A stretch of 64,000 bases of DNA from a virus. Lineage: Duplodnaviria > Caudoviricetes. The stretch covers positions 101,894-165,893 of the IMG/VR virus record IMGVR_UViG_3300033074_001674; one strand, 5' to 3'. The first letter of the stretch is position 1, and the number at the start of each line of letters is the position of its first letter. A program made the translations under genes and the position numbers. Positions 51,502 to 58,576 of this stretch are shown here, one piece after another. The notes beneath the pieces were generated by a model. The model did no database searches, was not told the DNA's origin, and saw only the letters and a list, made by a program, of their open reading frames with translations.

Positions 51502-51870
51502 ATAGAGTAACCTGCCGACGGCGGGCGACAACAGCCGACGCGACCCGACGACACCGGGCGGTCTTTTACAACTCGAGCCTATCTGTAAGTACCGTTTCCG
51601 CGTCCTGTTTCCCGGTCTCGCCGTACCTAAACGGTTTGGGGAAACGCTCGGAGTAGACGGTCCGCGCGGGACTTACAGGGATGGTCTGATGGTGCGTATC
51701 CGCTACTGCGCGCTATCTTCCTATAGGCAAAAGGTTTGAGACGTGAGAGGCAATGAGTCTCCGGTAGCGGGGAGACAATCTGCCTGGGGAGAAAATCTGC
51801 CCATATGCCAGCTATATGGCGGTGGGCTAACAAGTTAGCGGCAATACCGCCGCAGAAAGGAGGTTCTGGC

Positions 51871-52164
51871 ATGAGGTTGGAGCATCTGGTGAAGATGGTG
51901 AGGGTCCTGGATAACTCGCACCGGCAGGCGCAGCGGGCCAGGGACAACGCGATGGAGCGCACCCAGCAGCTACCTGCGGCGCAGGCCTGGCTCCTCAGGA
52001 TGGCCGCCGAGGAGGAGCCCGACGACCGCCTGGAGCGGGCCGCGGCGGAGTACATCAAGCTGGTCAGGGGGGTCCGCTCGGCAAGGGAAGCCCAGGCGCG
52101 GAACGAGCGCAACGCGCTCGACGCCGCCGAGCGCCTGAAGTACGAACTGAGACTGGAGGACTAG
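51871..52164 (+). CDS. Hypothetical helical protein
   Basis: AAGGAGG RBS before ATG 51871. Confidence 0.75.
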   Translation: MRLEHLVKMVRVLDNSHRQAQRARDNAMERTQQLPAAQAWLLRMAAEEEPDDRLERAAAEYIKLVRGVRSAREAQARNERNALDAAERLKYELRLED

Positions 52165-52265
52165 CATCTCCCGGGGCGGAGCGCATTAGTGTCCCGCCCC
52201 GTACCAAACTTGTCCCATACGGGACGTATTTGACCGCATATCGACGGAGTTTGCTGGCGTTGTGC

Positions 52266-52281
52266 TGGCATGTCTCCTGCT
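52266..52281 (+). promoter_or_regulatory. Sigma54-type promoter P7
   Basis: TGGCAT-GTCTC-CTGCT. Confidence 0.7.
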
Positions 52282-52349
52282 ATACTGTGGAATGTCGGGC
52301 ACGGGCGCACCGACACCACATAACCTCTTGCGCCCATTGGAGTTTCACA

Positions 52350-52931
52350 ATGGCGATGTTCACGAGCGAGGTCCTGGCCAAGCTGCACGCCCTGGCCGCT
52401 CCCGCGGCGCGGGCGAAGGTGGAGGCTCTGGCCGACATCCACGAGGTGGCCGTCGAGACGGCCGTGAAGGAGTACGAGGGACTGCGGGCCAAGCACGAGG
52501 CTGCGGCCCTGGTGAAGGCCCTGAACGAGGCCAACGCGGTGGCGTTCCCCGCCAACAGCGACCAGGCCCGGGCGCTGCAGGGCGGCGCGGTGGGGCGCGT
52601 CGTCCTGGGTGAGGACGGCTCGGTGCGCATCACCTGGACCCTGATGGGGGCCCTGGGGTCGGGCACCGGCGCGAGCACGGGCCGTGGAAAGCGGGGCCGT
52701 GGTGGCCGGAAGTTCAAGTACTTCCACGACGGCCAGGCCCTCCCCCGCGGCTCCTCGGTGAAGGGGTTCCTCATGGAGCACTACCCCGACTCCGAGGCCG
52801 CCAGGACCATCCGGGAGTACAAGGCCAGCGAGGAGGCCGGGCTCTCCAGCGCCAAGATTGGCGCGTGGGAGGCCATCCTGAAGGACGAGGTGGTGAAGGC
52901 CCACTTCACTCGGGAGCAGGTGAACATCTAG
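52350..52931 (+). CDS. Hypothetical protein, paralogue of 56235-56864 (possible DNA-binding)
   Basis: GGAG RBS; extreme G/C third-position bias; shared F.YFH.G and K(I/L)GAW.AI motifs. Confidence 0.8.
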   Translation: MAMFTSEVLAKLHALAAPAARAKVEALADIHEVAVETAVKEYEGLRAKHEAAALVKALNEANAVAFPANSDQARALQGGAVGRVVLGEDGSVRITWTLMGALGSGTGASTGRGKRGRGGRKFKYFHDGQALPRGSSVKGFLMEHYPDSEAARTIREYKASEEAGLSSAKIGAWEAILKDEVVKAHFTREQVNI

Positions 52932-53019
52932 CCCGCTCCTCGGTCGGCGCCCGGGGGAGGATGGTCCTCCCCCGGGCCGGCTTCCTAAACTATCCAAGGG
53001 GGATGGTGAAGGATAGCAG

Positions 53020-53382
53020 ATGTCGTTCGTAGTTGAGGGATTCTTGCGTTCTGGTGGCAAAATAACACGACTAGTTGACACCCGCCTTGAGGCGGAACGC
53101 GAGTTCCACGACCTCAAGTCGCTTTGCGCAGATGTCCAGGTGATAGGCGCCGAGGGCATTATCGCGCAGTGGAGCGAGAAAGTGGACAGGCGCGAGGAGG
53201 CAGAGAAACTAATCAGGCTCCTGGCATCGGCCGGGACGGCCTGGGAATGGAATAGGGCCCGTGCGTTTGGCCAGAAGGTCGGCGCACCTGACCCAGGAGC
53301 GTGGTCAAAGCCCGCAGGTGTGCTGCGGGTGCTCCAGTGGGCCCTGGAACGTGGTGTGTGGAAAGGAATGGCAAGCGCGTGA
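53020..53382 (+). CDS. Hypothetical protein
   Basis: 120 aa; AAGGA RBS. Confidence 0.65.
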   Translation: MSFVVEGFLRSGGKITRLVDTRLEAEREFHDLKSLCADVQVIGAEGIIAQWSEKVDRREEAEKLIRLLASAGTAWEWNRARAFGQKVGAPDPGAWSKPAGVLRVLQWALERGVWKGMASA

Positions 53383-53804
53383 GCGCCAGGGCTTTTCAGA
53401 TGGACATGTCCACCGGGAACTCCCGGATGGACCGGATGAACTCCCGACAGGTCGGGAGGCTCCACAAGTGGAACGGTAAGGAGGCGCGGGTCAAGTCCAG
53501 CCAGACGACCCGCAAGCGGGTCGGAGTCAAGCTCGACCGGCGGCGGCTCAAGGAGCTCCTGGCCGAGGAGCCTCTGGTGGGGGCGATGAGCCTGGAAGAG
53601 GAGAACTCGCTCAGGAGCGACCTCCACATGCCCCGCCTCATGACCGAGGAGGAGCGGCTGGAGGAGGCGCGCTACGCCTTCCTGGCCTGGCAGAAGCAGT
53701 ACTGCGAGGACGAAGAGGAACGCACGTATCTGCAGTTCCTGGAGCGTCTGGACAGGACTCTCCTGAAGTACGACGAGCGGGAACTGGCCAACATCATCGA
53801 CTAG
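53379..53804 (+). CDS. Hypothetical protein
   Basis: GTGA overlap with upstream stop; GC3-biased codons. Confidence 0.65.
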   Translation: MSARAFQMDMSTGNSRMDRMNSRQVGRLHKWNGKEARVKSSQTTRKRVGVKLDRRRLKELLAEEPLVGAMSLEEENSLRSDLHMPRLMTEEERLEEARYAFLAWQKQYCEDEEERTYLQFLERLDRTLLKYDERELANIID

Positions 53805-53828
53805 GCCGGTTGTCGTTCAGGGCGCCTG

Positions 53829-53891
53829 GTTCAAGCCAGGCGCCCCCGCCCGGCCGCAAAGCCGGCCGAGGCCTGGAAGATGGGCATGAAC
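53829..53891. repeat. Structured repeat E7 (63 bp)
   Basis: GTTCAAG...CGGCCG-CAAAGC-CGGCCG...TGAAC. Confidence 0.85.
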
Positions 53892-53974
53892 CCTCCTTGA
53901 AACGTATCCCATATCTCTGGGGCCCACTGTGTCCAATTGGCGACACGCACCATTGTAGTGTAAGAAGTTACGCG

Positions 53975-53990
53975 CGGCACGTCGCTTGCT
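53975..53990 (+). promoter_or_regulatory. Sigma54-type promoter P8
   Basis: CGGCAC-GTCGC-TTGCT. Confidence 0.75.
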
Positions 53991-54014
53991 CCCGGTATTA
54001 TGGTGGAGGATTCT

Positions 54015-54176
54015 GTGGTAAATGTCCTGAGCATTAACGGCGTTCTTGTCCAGGTCTCGGATAAGCTGGATGAGAAGTATCCAGAGGACAGGGCCATCAT
54101 CAATCACATCAAGGAAGCCCTTGAGCACGGCGCCAAGGAAGGACGCTATGCGGGGGTCTACTGGGGATTGCTGTAA
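54015..54176 (+). CDS. 53-aa hypothetical protein (not in ORF track)
   Basis: GGAGG then GTG; MVNVLSINGVLVQVSDKLDEKYPEDR...YWGLL. Confidence 0.7.
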   Translation: MVNVLSINGVLVQVSDKLDEKYPEDRAIINHIKEALEHGAKEGRYAGVYWGLL

Positions 54177-54186
54177 TGGAGGACCA

Positions 54187-54441
54187 GTGGCGCGTATCAT
54201 AATCGATGTGCCTGACAACGTAGACGGGGACGACCTTCAAATCGTCATCTGTGGAGCGTTGGCAGAGTACCAGTACAGCCGGTTTCCATCTCCTGAAATC
54301 TATGTCAGGGAGAGGTACAGGAATCTGAAGTCCACTAGCCCAGAGTTCTTGCGCAAGGTGGCGCAGGTCGAGCGCTATCTTAACATCGCGCAAACGGTCC
54401 GCGATGCAATGGCAAAGGACAATTTTCTGGTGGAGGAGTAG
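54187..54441 (+). CDS. Hypothetical protein
   Basis: GGAGG then GTG 54187. Confidence 0.7.
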   Translation: MARIIIDVPDNVDGDDLQIVICGALAEYQYSRFPSPEIYVRERYRNLKSTSPEFLRKVAQVERYLNIAQTVRDAMAKDNFLVEE

Positions 54442-54445
54442 GGCG

Positions 54446-54661
54446 ATGACGCAGCGCGTCACACGTGTGGTGGCCACATTCCCATCTAGCAAGGTGGAAC
54501 GTCTGGTGGAAGGACATCCATCAGCAGTAGGAACAAAGGGAAGATGGGCCAGAGAAGCCCGACTCCTGGCTAAGGAAGGGGCCCTGGATGTGATTGTCAC
54601 ATCCCCGGCCGGCAAGGTCATCTACTGGTGGCATTCGCGCCACGGAAGGATTGACAAATGA
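54446..54661 (+). CDS. Hypothetical protein
   Basis: GGAG RBS; operon packing. Confidence 0.65.
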   Translation: MTQRVTRVVATFPSSKVERLVEGHPSAVGTKGRWAREARLLAKEGALDVIVTSPAGKVIYWWHSRHGRIDK

Positions 54662-54906
54662 GTTGTTACTATCACGGCTCTGTGTGTGATGGTTCCAGAT
54701 GTCCTCCAGATGAGCCTACATACAGAAAGCCTCAGTACGGTTCATTCGTAATCGATGTGCAGGACCACATGTTCTGCACTGGCATAACGTTCTTCACGGC
54801 CACAGGGCGGCAAATCTTCTACTGTGAGGTTGGCTGCGACTCGGATGTGTCGCAGGTGGTGGAGGCGTTCTTCAACGGCATGGAAATCGGATGGTATGCC
54901 AAATGA
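54658..54906 (+). CDS. Hypothetical protein
   Basis: ATGA coupling on both sides. Confidence 0.65.
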   Translation: MSCYYHGSVCDGSRCPPDEPTYRKPQYGSFVIDVQDHMFCTGITFFTATGRQIFYCEVGCDSDVSQVVEAFFNGMEIGWYAK

Positions 54907-55178
54907 GCGTTGATAGGACTGCCTTGGCGGCGGACCTCATGTTCAACTCGCACGGCGAGGCATATCGCGATGTCCAGGAGGCCAAATCAATCCTCCTGAC
55001 TCGCTGGGTCCCAAAGGGGCCGTTCAACCTCAGTCAGGTATATGCCATGGAGCCTATCCCTGACATTTCTCTCTATCTGGCCGTCGTAGAACTGCTAGAG
55101 GAGAAGGTCATCAAGGGAATCCATCCCTACGACCATAGGGTCCGTCGCCACGACCAGATGGCATATGAGGCAGTCTGA
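54903..55178 (+). CDS. Hypothetical protein
   Basis: ATGA and TGATG coupling. Confidence 0.65.
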   Translation: MSVDRTALAADLMFNSHGEAYRDVQEAKSILLTRWVPKGPFNLSQVYAMEPIPDISLYLAVVELLEEKVIKGIHPYDHRVRRHDQMAYEAV

Positions 55179-55558
55179 TGGACAGGGAAATTCGGTCAGC
55201 GACGACGTATGAGCAGTACTGGCGCGCCATGCTGCGCGCCGGCCAAATTCAAGGACTTTGTGCGCCCGTCACTAACAAGGTAAAGGCGCTAAAGCGTAGC
55301 ATGATGACCCTAATTCAGGGCGCCGCGCGCGAGAATCCAGAAATGCTCAGTGCAACTCATAAGGATAGCATTAGGAATCTAAACATCTACTGGTGGCGCA
55401 ATCAGCCAGAAGATTGGACCTACGGAGACTTCGAGGTCCTGAATTGGCAGATGAGTGAGGAATTCGATACTGGATATTACTACATCGCCAACTGTGCAAT
55501 GTGGTGCGTTCCTGAATCAGCATGGGAAGCTTGGGGGATTAGGGTAGACGATAGATAG
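55178..55558 (+). CDS. Hypothetical Trp-rich protein
   Basis: TGATG coupling; 126 aa. Confidence 0.65.
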   Translation: MDREIRSATTYEQYWRAMLRAGQIQGLCAPVTNKVKALKRSMMTLIQGAARENPEMLSATHKDSIRNLNIYWWRNQPEDWTYGDFEVLNWQMSEEFDTGYYYIANCAMWCVPESAWEAWGIRVDDR

Positions 55559-55565
55559 GTGTACA

Positions 55566-55802
55566 ATGGACTCTATAATTCAGAGAGCCAAAAGAGATGG
55601 AAATTTCTCTAGGATGGCCATAGAAATAAGAAGGGCAGGAGAAATGACCATCTATGTAATATGTTGGAAGGGAACCGAGCGTTGCTCAAGTTACGAACTA
55701 GTAGAAAACACATGTTTCGACTCCTATGAGTCAGCAGCTAAATATCAATCAGAACATTACTCAATAGGACAAACACATATCCGACCATTGAAAATGAATT
55801 AG
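55566..55802 (+). CDS. Hypothetical protein
   Basis: AGGTG RBS; ends 8 bp before E8. Confidence 0.55.
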   Translation: MDSIIQRAKRDGNFSRMAIEIRRAGEMTIYVICWKGTERCSSYELVENTCFDSYESAAKYQSEHYSIGQTHIRPLKMN

Positions 55803-55809
55803 GAGAGGT

Positions 55810-55873
55810 GTTCAAGCTCAGGGCCCCGGCCCGCACCGCAAAGCCGGTGCGCCCAAGGCAGATGGGCCTGAAC
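55810..55873. repeat. Structured repeat E8 (64 bp)
   Basis: GTTCAAG...GCACCG-CAAAGC-CGGTGC...CTGAAC. Confidence 0.85.
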
Positions 55874-56010
55874 TGTCCTGGACGGAGCTCCTATATTCAG
55901 GAGCGGTTACGATTGTATGACCTATGCAACTTTTTTATTGCAGGTGCAGTGGCTTGGTGGCAGTAGAATGGTGTGCCCTATGGATTGGGTTCAATTGTGG
56001 TGCGTTGCGT

Positions 56011-56135
56011 TTCGTCTCATGAGACGTATCCCCACCGTGGTCATTGGAGTAGGAGCGATGCTGGGGTCCCGGTTCGTTTCACCCGGCGTAACCCTCGGCC
56101 CCACAAAGCTTTAGACCATTGGCACCGGGACTGCT
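56011..56135 (+). promoter_or_regulatory. Conserved upstream element plus sigma54-type promoter P9 (homologous to 60311-60436)
   Basis: CGTCTCATGAGACG palindrome, GGAGTAGGAGCGA, GTAACC, then TGGCAC-CGGGA-CTGCT at 56120. Confidence 0.7.
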
Positions 56136-56234
56136 CTATGGTGAGGTGCGCGTGACCGTCCCGAAGGTCGGGATTAGTAACGCGGTCCTTTCACCCCGTG
56201 TTTTACCTGCCCTTTTGGGCACAGGAGTTTTATC

Positions 56235-56864
56235 ATGTTCCCTACCGATGTGTTGGCGTCCTTCCACAAGCGTGAGATGGAGGAGGCCCTGGAGAAGGTC
56301 ACGCAGTACTGCAACCTGATGGACAAGGACCCCGACGAGGGCAGGGCGGAGTACAAGAAGCTCCGCGCCAACTTCGAGGCCGCGGAGGCCAAGAAGCGCC
56401 TGGCCGAGCGCCTGCGGGTGCTGTCCAAGGCCATCAACGGGGCCGTCATCCTGCTCGCGCAGGAGAACGGCGGCGACGTGGAGGCGGCCCTCATCGAGTA
56501 CATCAAGAGCGAGGGCGTCCTGACCCTCGAGGTCGTCCAGGACGAGGACGAGGGCACGCAGTTCGTCATCCGGTCCAAGGCGCACTTGGCCAAGGACGCG
56601 GTGGCCACCTCGAGCCAGGCCAACCGCTCGACCCGCGAGGGCCGCCGGTCGTCCTTCCGGTACTTCCACCGGGGGGAGGCCATCAACGGGGCCCTGGCCA
56701 AGTTCCTCCGCGACAACTACCCGACCTCCAGGGCAGTCGAGCGCCTGGACGAGGTGGATGCCAAGTACAACGCGGGCGAGAGCAAGAGCAAGCTCGGCGC
56801 CTGGCAGGCCATCATCGCCGACCGGGACCTGGCCGACCTGTTCGACCGTGAGGAGGTGGCCTAG
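56235..56864 (+). CDS. Hypothetical protein, paralogue of 52350-52931
   Basis: AGGAG RBS; GC3-biased; aligns end to end with its paralogue. Confidence 0.8.
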   Translation: MFPTDVLASFHKREMEEALEKVTQYCNLMDKDPDEGRAEYKKLRANFEAAEAKKRLAERLRVLSKAINGAVILLAQENGGDVEAALIEYIKSEGVLTLEVVQDEDEGTQFVIRSKAHLAKDAVATSSQANRSTREGRRSSFRYFHRGEAINGALAKFLRDNYPTSRAVERLDEVDAKYNAGESKSKLGAWQAIIADRDLADLFDREEVA

Positions 56865-56886
56865 CCACAACTAGGGCGTCCGCCCG

Positions 56887-56952
56887 TAGGACCAGGCAGT
56901 ACAGGACTGCCCCTTTCCAGAGGTGACGAGGTTCAACTCCTCGCTGGTCCTA
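56887..56952 (+). ncRNA. Miniature tRNA-like RNA 1
   Basis: TAGGACCAG/CTGGTCCTA acceptor, CAGT-ACAGG-ACTG D-arm, shrunken anticodon arm, CGAGG-TTCAACT-CCTCG T-arm. Confidence 0.65.
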
Positions 56953-56997
56953 TTCCGTTAGGCCCACTTTGGACCTGACCTAGATAGTGAGGAATCC

Positions 56998-57225
56998 ATG
57001 CCCCGAGTCGTCTGTCCAATCTCCAAGGCCACCTTCCTCGAGGCCGCGACCTCGATGGAGTCGTCCTTCGACGGAAGTCCTGACCACATCCAGATGAATC
57101 CCATCCAGTACGGCACTGGGTCCTTGGGATGGCAGGGCCAGGGGACCGTCGAGGTCATCGTGGCCGGAATCCCGGTCCAGTGCATCGCCCACCTGAAGCT
57201 CGTGGTCAAGGGGTCCAAGGGCTAG
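56998..57225 (+). CDS. Small conserved protein (CP.S...F...A / GTGSLGW / V.GSK family)
   Basis: GAGG RBS; motif pattern recalled from small Planctomycetota proteins. Confidence 0.7.
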   Translation: MPRVVCPISKATFLEAATSMESSFDGSPDHIQMNPIQYGTGSLGWQGQGTVEVIVAGIPVQCIAHLKLVVKGSKG

Positions 57226-57264
57226 GAGAAGAGGGTCAGGGGATGCCCTATAAATCCCCAACAT

Positions 57265-57337
57265 GGGCCTGTAGCTCAATTGGTAGAGCATCCGCCTTTT
57301 AAGCGGGGGGTTCCGGGTTCGAGTCCCGGCAGGCCTA
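57265..57337 (+). tRNA. tRNA-Lys(TTT)
   Basis: GGGCCTG/CAGGCCT acceptor, AGCTCAATTGGTAGAGC D-arm, CTTTTAA loop, GGTTCGAGTCC T-arm. Confidence 0.93.
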
Positions 57338-57356
57338 TCCCATCTAACCAGGTCTA

Positions 57357-57653
57357 ATGACCAAGGAGAAGTCCGTGGCCATCGTACAGTGCATCAACTG
57401 CAAGAACTGGACCAATCAGGTCAAGAAGGTGTCCAGAGGCGGCGCCTGCGAGGAGACGCCGCACTGCAAGGCCTCCTGGCGCGAGCACCTCCGTCTCCTC
57501 AAGGAGGAGGCCAGGGCCTTCGCCGAGGTCAAGCGGCGAAGGAAGCAGGAGAAGAACGCGCGCAACAAGGCCAATAGGGCCGCGAGGGCCAAGGCCAACC
57601 AGGACGTGGCCTCTGGCGCCAACTTGAAGAACACCTACAAGATGGGCAAGTAG
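57357..57653 (+). CDS. Basic Zn-finger-like protein
   Basis: CINC...C.....HC plus Lys/Arg-rich tail; GC3-biased. Confidence 0.7.
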   Translation: MTKEKSVAIVQCINCKNWTNQVKKVSRGGACEETPHCKASWREHLRLLKEEARAFAEVKRRRKQEKNARNKANRAARAKANQDVASGANLKNTYKMGK

Positions 57654-57676
57654 CGCCCATACCGCCTTCGACAATT

Positions 57677-57719
57677 AGGCCCCGCTCAGGCGATGACCTG
57701 GGCGGGGTCTTTTTGTTTT
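57677..57719 (+). terminator. Intrinsic terminator ending the GC-rich block
   Basis: AGGCCCCGCTCAGG-CGATGA-CCTGGGCGGGGTCT-TTTTGTTTT. Confidence 0.88.
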
Positions 57720-57740
57720 AACGCATTCAGGGCGCAATCC

Positions 57741-57908
57741 GTTCAAGCCCACAGGCCCGGGCCGCTCCTGGATTGATTGGCGTTAAAGGACTTATGGCGC
57801 GCAACTTTGGTAAACCCCCCGGGTTTTTGGGTATGCCCTGATTCGTTCAATCTCAACGCCCCTTAACGAACTATAAGGACTTATGGCGGGCCTGGAAAGA
57901 TGTTGAAT
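57741..57908. repeat. Two degenerate copies of the E repeat
   Basis: GTTCAAGCCCACAGGCCCGGGCC at 57741; GTTCAA(57845)...GGCCTGGAAAGATGTTGAAT(57908) keeps the 64-bp span. Confidence 0.6.
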
Positions 57909-58381
57909 ATCTCCATAATTCCATCAATGGCGTCTGCAACATGGTAAAAGTATACCTAAATCCTTGAAAATAAAGGAGTTACGCCTAAATGGATGGATTG
58001 GATAATGCTCCACTCCAAATACCGTCATAACACCTTCACGCTGACTCTTATATTACTACATGTGTTATGAAGAGTATTTAGTACAAACGGCCAGCCAGTG
58101 TACTATTCAACTAGTACACTATTAGTATAGGTTGGGGCCTAATTGTACGGGGGTTTCAGGTGCTCCATCTCAAAGAATCTGTTAGGGAATAAGGGTACCA
58201 TTCTAATGGGTTCAGGAGGGTATTGAGGTGGAAAACACACTAAGCGATATGCGCCGCAGATTCCTATGGATTATCTGTTGGCTTATAGGTCATACCGAAA
58301 GGCCAAGCAATACTCCTAAAGAGTGGCAATGTTATTGGTGTGATAGATATCATCATATTGTAGAACTAGTGGAGCACTAAA

Positions 58382-58576
58382 ATGGACCAGGAGATTCGCG
58401 AAGGTGATTCCTTCATATCTAAGGATAGAATCCCAGATATAGTATGGAATATTCTAATACACGACGCACGCAGATTTAACGGGGATATCCGCATCTGGCT
58501 AGATGAAATTGGCATCCAATGGCGGCGGCCTGGAGTCGAAATACCCGGCTGTATACAACAGTTTCATGAAAGTTAA
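58382..58576 (+). CDS. Hypothetical protein
   Basis: GGAG RBS. Confidence 0.6.
   Translation: MDQEIREGDSFISKDRIPDIVWNILIHDARRFNGDIRIWLDEIGIQWRRPGVEIPGCIQQFHES

Noticed and set aside
52161-53627. 488-aa minus-strand ORF and other long antisense ORFs in the GC-rich block (e.g. 56136-56870, 48796-49506)
   Set aside because: Shadows of GC3-biased plus-strand genes; Pro/Arg/Gly-rich low-information translations without RBS.
47903-55873. E repeats as a CRISPR array
   Set aside because: Copies are 63-64 bp, divergent, and separated by roughly 0.4-2.5 kb of genes; no cas genes are present.
47903-55873. E repeats as canonical integron attC sites
   Set aside because: attC runs RYYYAAC...GTTRRRY, whereas these run GTTC...GAAC. 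The cassettes carry their own promoters and no tyrosine recombinase is visible.
47903-55873. E repeats as ordinary intrinsic terminators
   Set aside because: No U-tract on either strand, and the fixed end-to-end length is not explained by termination.
56005-56030. Hammerhead ribozyme core on the minus strand (CTCATGAGACGAAAC)
   Set aside because: Lacks CUGANGA and a stem II; better explained as a DNA palindrome shared with 60311.
56887-56952. Mini-tRNA as tRNA-Sec or tRNA-Pyl serving the UGA at 4760
   Set aside because: No UCA or CUA anticodon in a 7-nt loop and no long variable arm.
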